Origin: Trichoplax adhaerens
Lineage: Eukaryota; Animalia; Placozoa
Assembly: GCF_000150275.1 (NCBI RefSeq)
Contig: NW_002060951.1
Location: 2,256,323 to 2,320,322 of the forward strand
Reading direction: 5' to 3'
DNA: 64,000 bases
The notes under the pieces were generated by a model. That model did not search any database and was not told the origin of the DNA. It was given only the letters and a program-made list of their open reading frames with translations. This document shows, piece by piece, positions 47,201 through 60,299 of the stretch. How positions within the stretch are numbered: the first letter of the stretch is position 1; each line of letters opens with the position of its first letter. The translations under genes and the position numbers were made by a program.

Positions 47201-50200
47201 CGTATTCTATTGTACCTTAATTCTACGTAAGCAGGTTTTCTGCTAGTAGTAGATGAGTAACAGGTCAAATTACATACTGGATACTGGTACATTAGTATGC
47301 GGTAGCTTGCTTTGCTAGCTCCAAATATTACAGTAATAATAATTTTTTTACGTCTATGTTGCATACTATCAGTACAGTAGCCAATCAGAATGGGTATACA
47401 TACAATTACCGTGCCCGTCTGACCGGCATGACAGAAAACGGATATAACATTTTTATATTGTATATATTGATAGATAGATTTTAAAACGTTAGTGTACAGA
47501 AATTTTGCTTGTGAATGATTGACTTTTTCGCCTCAGTTTATGATGACATAAATATGATTAGGTTTTTGAATACGTAAGTCATCAATCTTGTAGGGTAAAG
47601 GGCGCTTTCCGGCTAAGTATGTCGTAAACAAACGGGAATCGACTGTTGGAGTATCCGCCCTACCGCTAGATCCGTGCCACAGTCATTTTTTGCTACCTGA
47701 TGATGATAGCAACGGTTCTGAAGGAGAGGAAATTCCATTTCGCATCAAAATTGAAGAATTTCTCTCGAAGAAGCTTGTTCGCAGTAAGTTAAAAGTAGAC
47801 GAATACTATTGATTAAACCATCCTAAATAACAAGATCATTAGAAAATTTACAATGAAAATACGGCTAATATTGATAAAGGTCATAAGAGAACTCGGGTAT
47901 TTAGCAAAGTCCCTATTGTCTGCATTGTGATTGGTGGAGATGAAAACACGTTCCGTTATGTTGATGAGGCTTTGCAAAAAAATCATCAAATCGTAATCGT
48001 TCCAGGAGGCGAAGGAGCTGCTGATATTATATGTAGTCATCTTAGCAATAAAAGGTTACAAACCCCTGTGTGTTGCATTAATGATACAAATTTTATCACT
48101 AGTCTTTAACTGCTTAGTTCTTTATTTTGCACAGCATAACAAAATTGAACGATGCAGCAAAGAAAAGTATACAAGAAGCTTTATGCAAAACTTTTAAATG
48201 GAGCGTTTCTAAAGATAATGATAAAATTGATCGATGCATCAAAGGGATAAAAGCGATACTATCTCATAGAAGCAAAGTAAGGTTCTGCGCTACAGCATTT
48301 AACAGCTATTTTAATTGTGCGATCTTGTAACACATAGCATTACTCTTGTTTATTGTATTATTGTTAATTATCAGTTACTAGAATCTCTTATATATATTTA
48401 GTAAATTATATTTATGTATAGAAAGCATTATCATTGGAGTTTCCCTAAAGTTTAGTTGCTTCAGTCTAATAGTGAGTTAGAACGCTATTCCCGCAAAATA
48501 CTTCAATATTTTTAAATGTCAGGGATTATTTATAATTTTATGTATCAAGTCAATGTACAATATTCCCGATATAATGTTACTTATCAGTGAATAGCTACGC
48601 ATAGTATTAGGGTAATTTAGAAGTTATTACAATCATTTTCGTTTTATAGGTTACTATAGTTAAGGAGACTGCAACCGCTGAAGTTCTGGAAAATGCCATC
48701 TTCAAATGTTTATATGGTAGATATCAACTATGCTATTTGTTTATAATATGCATGTTTTAGTGAAATATATAAGTTTTGACAATAAGTTAACCTAACATCG
48801 TTAATTGTTAAAACTGTATTAAGATGCTTTATTATGAATGATGTATTATTGTGTAAAGGAGAATATTGTGTTGCTATTATTAAGTCATTTTAACGTAGTT
48901 ATATTGCATTACAACTAATTAGCTTTGGCTCAAAATAAGGAGGAGAAAAGAAGTTTAGAAGTTGTTTGGAATAAAGTCGACTTGGGCAAATTAATCAGTA
49001 ATAATCTTGAAGTAAGTTAAATATATACAAGGATTGATGTAATAACATGAACTAATATTGTACATTGAAAGTCTTTCCATCATGCTTCGAATATCAACAC
49101 AAGATTTGTAATCCACGTTCTGATATTTCTATTTAGGCAGAAGGGTCCGATGACGAAGAAGGTGAAAGTCAACTTGCCATCTTTAAATTTCCTGCGAAGA
49201 ATATGTTATCATCTACTAATGCGCTTGCAAATAAAGACGGCAATGAAATCAATCGCTCATGGACCGATGCAGAAAAATATCGAGTGCAGAAAGATGCTGC
49301 TAAAGCGATAACGGCAAATAATGACACTGGAAAACCTTCCAAGAAATCTTCTAAGCCCAAAGATATTGCTATAACAACTAATAAGGCCAGCAAAATTAAT
49401 CAACGCAGTGTATCATCCCAAGATCTTAGTGGTCCTATTCCTAGTAAAAGATCACCTTTACCAAAGACGCCAGAGCATGAAGTTATTACTCAACCATCAG
49501 TGTCTCCGCGATCAAGAAAATCAAGCGGTGAAAGAAGCCAACATATTTCACGTTATAATGCGCTAACTGTATTAGATGCAACGATTAGAGATGGGTTAAA
49601 AGAAAATTTACGAGCTTTAATCACTACTAAACAAGTGCAAGCAGAGCAGGCTTTGGAAGTCGCGTTAACACGCGATCATTTGACTGGAAATCATATTGCA
49701 ATCGTTGATTTTTTGATCAAAAATGAGTTTATCGACATGTCGACTTTTGTAACGGCAGAAACATTAGAGAGAATATATGATAAAGTAAGATTGTGCTGGA
49801 CGCTATATGAAAATATCTTGACTTGCTATTCGGAAGATAACCGTATTTTGCAATATCAAATTACTTTATACTTATTAGTATTTTTCTTACTTGCGTAGTT
49901 GAGTAGTAATAGCCAGTTACTAAACGATTCCTATTTATAAGACATATTGTCGTTCATTATTGAAGTAATTAAATAGATTTTTGTAATACTTTAAAATTTG
50001 ATACTTGTATTTCTGGAAAGCATTGCTACATTGTTTCAGGTAGAACTTATTGGTTATTTTTAAAATCTAATTAGACTTGGAATATACCTTCCTCTGTGAT
50101 GTACTGGGCGCGGAAGATCAAAATAATCAAGGAGGTAAGCCTTTAGTCAAGTCAGAGTGATCATTTCATGGATATAAGTTACGTACCATTTGCAATGGTC

Positions 50201-53200
50201 GGAGTAAATATTTTTACTGATTTTAGGAGAGAAATACCATTATATAGCCTAGTAAGTTTATATTTGATATTTTTAGGAAAAAAAGGAAAGAAAAAGTTTA
50301 TTATTTGAAGCTGGCAAAATTTTATCTGTACTGATAAGTGATCACTGTACTAATGTCTACTCACAATTTGGTGAAGATATCGAAACGGCAATCATTGATG
50401 TTGACGATGGCAACTCTGGTGATCCATTTACTCATCTTTTCTTATGGTCTATTATGACCGGACGCTATAAGCTATCTTATGTTCTATGGAAAAGAGTCGA
50501 TCATCCCATTACCGCTGCTATTGCAGCCAACCGCATTTTATGGAGATTGTCAACTAATTCTGTATTCAAAGAAAAGTCTAGAGAGGAATTTATACAGCTT
50601 AAGGATGAATTTCAAACAAATTCAGAGTTAGTAGTAATTAGAATCTAAGTTAATCTATTTTCTGGTAACATAAATACTGTACAGAGTTACTAGAAAAGTT
50701 TTTGGATCAGTTCGGGGTGTTTAATTGTATTAAAATTACTTAATTTAGTTAACTAATACAACTTAGATTAAATTCATTACAGTACATCTTTGCAAACAGT
50801 CGAAATGAGAAAATAGATTCGTTTTACATAAATTTAGAAATAATGTGTTAAAGTGCTAACCAACTTTATGCTGTGATATCTAGAAGCTTTCAGATAAGTA
50901 TTATAAGTTAATTATCTGAAAGGGATAATTGCGGCACTGTTTATTGCTCAGAAATACATGAAATCTTACAATTATCTTACTCTCTTTATTTCAGTAAGTT
51001 TATGCGCTTAGCTGTCAAGATTATGGATGAACAATATAAACATCATCCAATTAACACCGTTATCATGCTATTACAAGAATTACCGGAGTGGGGATTCAAA
51101 TCTTCCTTTTCAATGGCTTTCTCTTCCTCATCTTTAGTGCCATTCAATACTCACAATGCATACGTTGATTGCTTACGGTATTTGTGGACAGGAGATTTCG
51201 CAGTTTTTACGCCGCTGTGGAAGGTTATAATTAATTAATTAATATTATTTTGATAAACTTATTCAATATCTTTAGAACAAAATGATTTAAATTCAGTTAA
51301 TTTATTAATACTAGAGATTCTTTTAATTGCATACTAGATTAAAGCGTTATAGCAGTTTGCCTCTTTTCTGTATGTACTAATTGTAAACATGTAACGTAGT
51401 CGCTGTACAGCCAATAATTAATTGGACTTAACTCAATCATCCTTAATTGTGTAATTATTACTTCTCCTACTAGCAGTAATCTAGTCTAATCACTCATCTA
51501 CTCTACAGTTATAGACAACCCATCAATAGTAACTTACAATATGTTATGTATAACTAGGTTAATGGGATTTTATTAATCATTTATCTGCAATATCCATCTA
51601 TAATAGGTTATTTTAGCTTTTATTCTACCGATACCATGCCTATTGTTTCCATCCTTTATTAAATCGAAAGCATTGCGAATTGGATGCTATAGTAAAACCA
51701 ATGTTAGCTTTAATAATGATGATGAAGATAGTGTCTCAACTACACGATCCTCTAACTTATGCAAGGATTTTATCTTACGAGTTTATCACTTTTATACTGC
51801 TCCTCGCATCAAGTTTACTACCAACTTTGTAAGTTTCATTAATAATGCTATATATGCAATAAATAGATCAATTGATTAGTTCTTATATGCTAGTAGCTAT
51901 CCAAAAGTGCACGGGAATACTATTATGATAAGTTGATATTTACTTATCTGATGTAAATTATACTATTCTAACTAAAATCGATAATTGTTACTGCATTGAT
52001 ATATTGCTGCACTTTTATTTTAACTGTATTGTTAACTACTTTGGAATTAACATGAATTCGTCCTTCAATTTGGTTGACGACGCGATTCTTGTTAACGATA
52101 AATTTACTGTTTGTATGTATTATTCTACCATTTTCTAGCTCGCATATGTGGCCTTCTTAATATATTTCGCCATATTTCTACTATTTCTGTACGAAGATAA
52201 GTCAATGAATATTTATGAAGTAATTCTCACGGTATGGTGTCTCGCATTAGTATTCGAAGAAATACATCAGGTAAGTGGCTATTCCATAATTAATTTTAGT
52301 TATAACAGATGAAACTGAATTTTGGTTGATCACTTCCATCTCTCTTTACACTTAATTTGGAATAATGTCAGATTATGGAAACCCCTCGCAAGACGTTTTA
52401 TAAGAAAGTTCGTCTTTGGAATTCGGAATACTGGAATAGAATTGACGCGGGCGCTTTAATCACCTTTTTCATAATAGTCGTCCTGCGAAATTTTTTTCCT
52501 ATAGTTTATTTTGGTCGCATATTCTATGCTATTGATTTCATCATATTTTGTTCGAGAAGTCTGCAAATTCTCTCTATTTGGAGTAACCATGGTCCAAAAC
52601 TTGTTATGATTAGGAAATTGGTAAGATAGGATTGGATTACTTGACTACAGAAAATCTTTTACTTTTAATTATCTTCACTTGTCTTTCGATTGATGTCACT
52701 TTTTTCCATTCTTTGAACCGCTATTGTAAAAGCTAGCGTTACGTTTGCAATAAATGTTGACTAATTAAGGATATGATATTTGCTTCAGTTGCTCATCTAA
52801 GTGAAAATGTTTCTATTTTTATACCTTTAAAGTACAAAGTAAATCAAATATATTAAGATGTGCAAATCACGATTCGCGTTTCTAGTAATATGATACTAGC
52901 GTACTTTTGGATGTATTATTTATAGGTAAAATTCTTACAGATGATTAATTATACTCTTCTTTCTCAATTTATTTAAAAATCGTTATAGCTGAACGACCTG
53001 ATGTCGTTTGTGGTGATATTATCAATCTTCTTGATTTCATTTGGTGTAGCCACTGAAGTTGTGTTACGATCTGGTCCTGAATATAAAAATTATCAGTTTA
53101 CAGCTAGAAATATTTTCGCTCTGCCGTATTACAGGATTTATGGCGAACTTTACCTTGATGATGCAAATCTTGATTGCAAGAATGAGACTCTCGGTACTAG

Positions 53201-54923
53201 CCTTTATAATAACTGTATGGCGAGAAATGTAATTGTCAATATCCTGATCGTTATTTACCTCCTGATTACAACAATTTTACTACTCAATCTACTGATTGCT
53301 ATATTCAAGTAAGTCAGCTGTCTAGTCTTTAAAAAAATTAATGCATTCAATAAGATAAGTAGATTTTTAATATGTTATTCAATTTTGTTGACTGGCATAT
53401 AGGCTTGCAGTTGCGCTTATTCTTAATTATGTTTTATTTATATAACTTAACATAGTATCTCATAACTTTCGTAATATTTGGCTTGAATATATTAAATTTA
53501 TTAGTTTTGTTAATCAATTACAAAACTCAAATTAATCAGTTTATCATGTTGTAATTGTAAAGTGTATTGTTTCCAAGCATTGCATCGTGGTTAGTGGATT
53601 GCGGGTATTGCATGCTCGTATTTCAATTTGTTTCTAAAAGTAATTTATTAAATTTATTAAAAAATTTTTATGATATGGGATTAATTTTACGACACTATTT
53701 TAGTAATTATTATATTAATAATCTTTATCGGAATATTTTAAATAGTTAAAGGGTTAAGAAAACTACCTTGAAAAAATTAGAAATTTTAGACTCTATTGGG
53801 TTATAGTTATTTGATGATTAATATATCGTACTATGATTACTAATCAAATCTATATTTCTATTTCCATTAGCAAAACATACGATAGGATAGAAGTGGAAAG
53901 TATCAAAGTTTGGCGAATTCAATATAGAGAACTCGTTCGAGAATATTTGTATCGATTGCCACTTGTACCGCCATTCAACTTAATTCTTGCCGTACCTTTT
54001 TTGATTAGTAAAATTATGTATGGATTGTTTTCTATCGAATGCCTACAACAATTTCAAAGTCGAGCGCTTCACTTAAGTATGATTATCAAGATACCATAAT
54101 ATATTACGCTATTGTCTTAAATAATAACACAGACAAGACACTGAAGTATATAATATTATTTCATATTTTTACATTTTGGTACTTGCATTTACAGAAATAT
54201 TGAAACAACACTTGATGACTGTCAATTACGATCTATGGTATAAAATTCAGAATGAAGAAAGAGAAGCGTTATGTCGTGTTACTAGTCAGACTTTCAAAAA
54301 TGAAGATGGTAAAGCTGTTGAGTAAGTCGTACTTGAAGTCTAATCGTTTCCTGATTATAGATATTCAGATTATTTATCAATATAAAAAGTAGTAGTTAGC
54401 ACTCTAAATGTTACAGTTGTTCAATTATACTGTATGTTATTGATAACTATTTTTTAAATTACAATATTAATCGTGATCATAGTCGTTCTATTACATTTTG
54501 AACTAAATAGTAATATTTCTTTCATATCAGGAAAAATTACGTTTTTCCTAACAAAATTCAGATCGGTACTATTTCTGATATCGATATTTATGCGGGTCTT
54601 GAAAGAGATTCTTTCGCTTCCATGAATGATATTCTGCATGATTTGCTGGAAAGGTAAATTAATTTTCTTTTCTAGTAGAAAATTATCCGTTAGAGTCCAT
54701 TTGTGATATTAGAAATAGAAAAGCAACTACTGATTTAATGTTGGGTAGCATATTTAATCCTAAATTGAGATAAGATCAATAGTTGCAGTCTGTGTAATGA
54801 TACATTGATCTGTTTCTACAATTAATGGAATATTTTAGGCAAGCAAATATGGAAAGGTACTTATACAAAACGCAATCTAACAGCAAATCTACATCGAAAT
54901 CAAAGACTTCGATGTTGCGTTAG
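44262..54923 (+). CDS. TRPM-family cation channel gene (MHR domains, six transmembrane segments, pore and TRP box). Modelled exons: 45159..45223, 45452..45515, 46290..46616, 47594..47794, 47843..48054, 48135..48276, 48650..48716, 49141..49784, 50074..50133, 50277..50626, 50995..51223, 51607..51828, 52139..52270, 52372..52620, 52989..53308, 53871..54076, 54195..54321, 54531..54653, 54839..54923. A tentative first micro-exon 44262..44273 (MAEG) is also included
   Basis: The exons are collinear with my recollection of vertebrate TRPM3/6/7. N-terminal MHR region: ITDAYGEIEFNYAGYEASKAK / YLKTSINAEIAKIGELFLNYWNIREPDLVMSMVGGFENLPRKPSILRLNQNLAAIMKRI...ITSGYCEGFIRSTAKAVN (TRPM3 has PTDAFGTIEFQGG...[20 protein letters not shown]...GAWIFTGGVNTGV), then ...CHSHFLLPDDD... 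/ ...KVPIVCIVIGGDENTFRYVDEALQKNHQIVIVPGGEGAADII. Transmembrane and pore region: LAYVAFLIYFAIFLLFLYEDKS... / IMETPRKTFYKKVRLWNSEYWNRIDAGALITFF... / LNDLMSFVVILSIFLISFGVATEVVLRS...ARNIFALPYYRIYGELYLDD...NCMARNVIVNILIVIYLLITTILLLNLLIAIF / TRP box KVWRIQYRELVREYLYRLPLVPPFNLI (TRPM3 has [25 protein letters not shown]). All exon phases are mutually consistent and sum to about 1279 codons. At 47784 the strong donor GTAAGT is out of phase, so I used the in-frame donor AAA|gtagac at 47795. The extreme 5' end is uncertain. Confidence 0.85.
44465..44550. repeat. GTAC palindromic array about 200 bp downstream of the tentative TRPM start exon
   Basis: The sequence reads tactgtactgtatactgtgtaacacatactgtacagtacagtactgtattattacattacacagtactgtacagtatcac. 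Confidence 0.7.
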
Positions 54924-55510
54924 GCACATTAAAGTAATCTAGGGCTTACGTTGGCAAGAACAGCACAAGAAACACTTTTTACTCTATTACCAAGTGCTGC
55001 CATAGCAATGGTTCAAAGTTACAATACGTACACTTAAAGTTTTTAACTGGTAATAGTATTTAGGATAAACATAGACATAAATCCTATATCTTCTATTATT
55101 ATCGGAGTAAGAGGTACGATTGATTTTTTAATGCAATTTTAATAGTGATACAAATGATTTATATCATATTTGTGCTTGTTATATAATTTTATGTCATTGC
55201 TCACCTGTTAATAGTTTATCAGTTTTGATAATTCTAATTTCTGAACTGGGTACGTTAATTATGGACTATTAGAACAGGATTAATTTTAGTATAGTGGGTA
55301 AGAAAATACTTAACTTTATTGCTGAGAACTGTTGTTTGGTATAATATGTTCGAGAGTTGTTTGGCTGCATATATGAAGGGAGAAAGTCGCGAGATTGGCA
55401 ATCTTCATTTAGGTACATGATGTCTTTCGTAATAATTGTTTGATATGGGTTTATGTACTGTACAGTACAAGTGTAAGTTCTGTATCAGAGTACAGCTTTT
55501 AGCTTACAGT

Positions 55511-55548
55511 TAAGAGTAACCAGCATTATTAAGAGTAACCAGCATTAT
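55511..55548. repeat. Direct tandem duplication of a 19-mer (taagagtaaccagcattat) about 600 bp downstream of the TRPM stop. It is followed by a (tataa)n microsatellite
   Basis: The sequence reads ttaagagtaaccagcattattaagagtaaccagcattatataatataatataatgc. Confidence 0.6.
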
Positions 55549-56466
55549 ATAATATAATATAATGCTATACTGTTTAATTTGTTTAGCTTTTATTAATTAT
55601 TGATGATGTCACAGGAGATATACTTTGAGATTCTTGTAGTGTTCATAATTAATAGCCAACGGTATAATAAAAAGTTGCTATCTTATTTTGTTGATGCTAA
55701 CATTATCTATTAATTCATTATGATTATTATAAACACAATTGATTATACCTTCATTCCGTGATGGGCAAAAGTATAATGTACAGTGATGACCCAGACCCTG
55801 TCACTCTTGAGGATTAGGTACTACCAAGAGGGTAATATACGAGTATCTTAACAGCTAACAATACATTTTATAACAAGTATTGCCGCATCTCCCTTGATAG
55901 CTGAGCTTTTACGTACAGTAACTGTCTACTTTGGAACTGATCAATACCGAATTGACCTAGTGACTTTTTCTAGAAGGTTTTCTAATGCAACTAGTAACAT
56001 GAAAAAAACATCTTACAATTTAGTAAATGATAAGGTGTACAGATATCAACAAGGAGTATAAGATATACTGTATACTCGTATGTCTACATTAACTTTATAT
56101 CATACAGCCGTGCCAGAAGGAAATTTTATAGTAAAGAGATGATTTATGTACAATGTACATACACTACACTGCTGTAGATTCTACAGCCAGTACGATACAG
56201 TACTGTTATAAAAATACACAAATATAACAACCGTATTGATGGTCGTGAACATAAAGTTTTTCTTATACAAGGTGTAGCAAAGGTCTTTTCCGGCGTTTGA
56301 ACATATGTCAAAAGTTTTAATACGTAACTTTTTAAGTTTTTTGACACAAATTTGGTATCAATCGATACAGTATCTCTATGGCAGAGCTCTGCAAACCATG
56401 ACTGAAAACAAGCTCACACTAACTCTACCTGCTCATGCAAATGATATACTGTACTTGCCACTGCCC

Positions 56467-56496
56467 AAGCCTGACTACGCCTGACTACGCCTGACT
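56467..56496. repeat. Three tandem copies of the 10-mer gcctgactac
   Basis: The sequence reads gcctgactacgcctgactacgcctgactaa. Confidence 0.7.
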
Positions 56497-56971
56497 AACA
56501 TACTGTATTACTTGTCGGATCAAGTGCATTAACGGACTCAAAGATATTTTTTATACTATATCATATAGACATATACAAATAGGCAAAACACTAATCTAAA
56601 CCTGTGCATCATGAATTTTGCAGCTAGCCTAAACTAGACCCACCAACGGTTCTGTAAATAGCTAGTTGACACATCCAAAGCCCATCGTAGTTACATGACT
56701 TACACCCGCAACTTACATGGTTTAGTATTTACAAAGTCTTGCTTTAATGCACAGAAGTCCTGGTATTATACTGTAAATTGAAGATCCGCTATCTAGAGTT
56801 AATACTAAGGATAACAGAGTGTTTACATTTGCTTCAGAATACTGTATAAGAATTCTATTTAAATGCTATTATCAATATTAAAACTGTATAGATTTTAGAT
56901 TTTATACCAGCATGTAGCTAATGACCTGAAGATTCTTTGTATACTGTAGTTTTTACTATATTGTCTGTATT

Positions 56972-57125
56972 ACTGTACTGTACAGTGTACAGTGTACAGT
57001 ACCGTAATCTCAATCTCACAACTTGCCAACTTTACGGCCGTCAATCTGGATTAGTACAGTACTGTATATTGTAGTGCTGTACAGTACTGTACTGTAGTGT
57101 ACAGTACTGTAGCTACAGTACTTAG
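56972..57125. repeat. GTACT/GTACA palindromic array about 380 bp upstream of the delta-tubulin ATG
   Basis: The sequence reads tactgtactgtacagtgtacagtgtacagtaccg ... ttagtacagtactgtatattgtagtgctgtacagtactgtactgtagtgtacagtactgtagctacagtac. Confidence 0.8.
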
Positions 57126-57506
57126 TTACCGCCCAACTTGCTCTCAAACCTTCGTGTGAATGTCGTAATCACAGAGTAAAATAAAATAAAATCTAAATCT
57201 ATTTTCGTTTTCAGTCAATACTACTATTCTCTATAATTGAGAGATTGATTCCTTGATGTAATCTTCCATTAGTGAATAACACTACATGAATAAATAGCAT
57301 GAAGGACTTTACACGTATTATATATATAATTATAAGTCATTCGGCTGACTGATGTCAAGTGTCTTAACTGAATTATTACATGTATACTGTAGTTAGTTTT
57401 TTTACCTGTGAGTAAAGACAGGTACTGAAGACGATTAGTAAACACCGGTGTTGTGCTTCGGTGTGATAATTACAGTATATAATTTAGCTTTGGTATCAGC
57501 CCGGTT

Positions 57507-59550
57507 ATGTCCATAGTTACGTTACAACTAGGCCAATTTGGCAACCAGCTTGGCTATGAGTTCTTTAATACTGTTCTTGACGATATTTATTGTTTTCACG
57601 GAAAGAATACTCTCAGAAAGAAACTTGCCGCGACTAATAAGTATAATTACGAAGATGCCGCTTTCGAGAGCTTTTTCTATGCTACATCTGACTTACCATT
57701 AGCTCGTGCTGTTATGATTGATACAGAAGCGAAAGTAGTCGATGATGTTTTTACCAAGGTGGGTGATAATAGTGTACTACCAACTTGGGATCTATTTAGT
57801 GAATTGAGGCGATTAATTTTGATCTGTAAAAATTGAACACCCATTTGTTATCCAGTTTATTGAGAAATGCAGTATACCTGCTCGTGATAATATTCTCATG
57901 TCATCATAATTGATTGAAGGCTGCTTACTAACGATACTACTTTTATTTGATCGCCAGGCGAAAATGAGTAAATTGTGGTCGTATGATCCAAAATGTTGTA
58001 TACGCAAAAAACGAGGCTCTGGAAACAATTGGGCTCTTGGATATTGCATGGATGGCGATCAAGTTTTACTAGAAGAAATTATGGACAGCGTGCAAAGGCA
58101 AGTTGAGTACTGCGATCGATTTAGTGGATTTTTGCTATTAATGAGTTTAGCTGGTGGAACTGGATCTGGTCTAGGTACGCGATGTACCGAAGAGTTACGA
58201 GATCGTTATCCTAATAGTCAGATTATCAATGAAGTTGTTTGGCCTTACAGTAATGGAGAAGTTATTGTTCAAGATTACAATACAATTTTAACTCTTTCTC
58301 ATTTATATAAGGCATCAACTGGACTCATTATTCTAGAAAATGATAAATTACATGAAATATGTACAAGACTGCTCAAAATAAAAAATGTGGGCTTTCATCA
58401 CATTAATAGAGTCATTGCTCATAAATTAGCTGGAGTTTTGTTACCTTCTACTTGCTTGCAAAATCAACACTCAAAACGAAATGACTATGCAGGTAATATC
58501 TATCGCACAGGTTGCACTAATTACAGTATACGTACGGTATTATTGATTGTTCACTTCTTTGCATTCTTATCTTCAGGGATAAATATCTTCGGTGAGATCG
58601 GGGAGCATCTATGTAGTCATACCGATTACAAGTTGTTGAATATTATAGATATCCCTCAGATTCCTGATCACTCTTTCGATTACACCAATTATAATTGGCA
58701 CGGACTGTTAAAACATCTCCATCAAATGCTAATTGCAAATGCATTTATGGAGGAAAGTAAGTATACTCATATTGAGGTGAATTTTATATTTTCCGTTATT
58801 ACAGTCTACAGGGATATCCGCTCGAGAAATTACGTAGATCTGAAAAAGTGTAACATAATTGCTTTCTTTTTACTTACTAATTCGGCTTTAAAATTTTTAG
58901 ACATCAAATGGGAAGTTAAGTTACCATCCCCTAAAGCACTATCTCAAAATAAAAAGCTGGCGAAGTTATCATCTGGATTGCCTGTTCATAGCGACGTTAT
59001 GGTTAATAAATCAATCGCAAATATGTTGGTAATTCGAGGGACTGAAATCGATAAAGGTAGATTGTATACTGTGTATTTATTCACTTTACGTATTAGCCAC
59101 GGTGTAAGATAGGATGATTGCTAGATTAGGCCAAGATTTTTGCTGTGATAGGCCATTGGTATCGTTGCAGCTTAGCAGTAAAATAACGTAATAGCATCAT
59201 AAGTAATCGTGGACGGTGTCACCTTGCTAATATTAAATACAATTCTCTATTAAGCTGATATAGGCGCGTTTCGAGATTCTCGCCTCTATGTAAATTGGAT
59301 GCCAAATTCTTCTGGATTAGCTACTAGAGTAAATAGTCGTCCTTATAATAAGTACGAAAAATCTGCTTTTCTGCTGAGCAATAGCCAATTTTGTATACCA
59401 ACTATAAATAATGTAACGGAAAAAGCATGGAATATGTTTGCAAACCGTGCTTACATTCATCAGTACATTAGCAACGGTATATCGGAAGATGATTTCATTG
59501 ACAGTTTTGCTACTGCGGAACAAATTATTACTAATTATAATAAGCTATAA
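57507..59550 (+). CDS. TUBD1: Delta-tubulin (TUBD1). Exons 57507..57758, 57958..58492, 58577..58756, 58901..59056, 59276..59550 (1398 nt, 465 aa)
   Basis: The N-terminus reads MSIVTLQLGQFGNQLGYEFF..., matching human MSIVTVQLGQCGNQIGFEVF. The core reads GSGNNWALGY...[69 protein letters not shown], matching human GSGNNWAYGY...[33 protein letters not shown]...[28 protein letters not shown]. The middle reads ...YNWHGLLKHLHQMLIANAFMEE / ...NKSIANMLVIRGTEIDK. The C-terminus reads ...NKYEKSAFLLSNSQF...EKAWNMFANRAYIHQYISNGISEDDFIDSFATAEQIITNYNKL*, matching human FSKYEKSAVLVSNSQF...[40 protein letters not shown]. Junctions are GT-AG. Intron 1 has a TACTAAC branch-point motif. Confidence 0.9.
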
Positions 59551-60299
59551 AATACATGAGTATATTTATGGCCAAAACTGGGATAGTTTTGCTTGTCCAA
59601 AAAAGACAAAATGTTGCATGCTAACTAGTAAATTATGTTAATAATACTTTGCATCTACAGGTAGCTGTAGGAATTTTAACGTCACATGTCTGTGATTGAC
59701 GAGAGCGTAGCTTTGTAATTGATTTCCAAACTAGGAGAGTAAAATAAAAGTACGCCCTATTTTCTTTCTGTAGCACTAAAGACTAGCATTGTTAATGGAT
59801 GCACGGCATCTCCAATCTGTATATTTTACAACAGCTTTTGCTTTAAAGCATTCAAGACTATTCAGCGAGTATGGATAATTGCTAAATTTATTAATTTACA
59901 AGTAGACCACTTTCACTATTCAGCACACAGATACACTCATTATAAGCAATAAGCATAGTCAGCAAAGATTGAAGCGAAACAATAATTAACGTTTGGTAAT
60001 GTGATCCTACCGAATGATATCACATAATATATAATCGTGTAATTGAAAAAGAATAGTACATTTCGCTTAAATATATACAGTGCAATTTGAAAGTATTTCA
60101 GTGAGACCTATGATTAATTGGATAGACACGAATATAAACAGATCGATGTATTCAATTGCTCCAGTCATGATTTCACTTTTTATGTATCTTATAGAAATAT
60201 CATTTACATAGAAATTGTTTTAAGCTTCGTAATCTTATAGCATAACAAGTTTATGCAAACAGTGATAATGCTATAGTCAAGTGCAATATACGAGTAAAA

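Noticed and set aside
47784-47795. Strong consensus donor GTAAGT at 47784 in TRPM
   Set aside because: Using it leaves the next exon, whose frame is fixed by the conserved ...KVPIVCIVIGGDENTF... block, out of phase. The weaker donor AAA|gtagac at 47795 restores the frame and adds SKLK. Alternatively there is a 1-bp sequencing error. I flag this as an uncertainty rather than a pseudogene.
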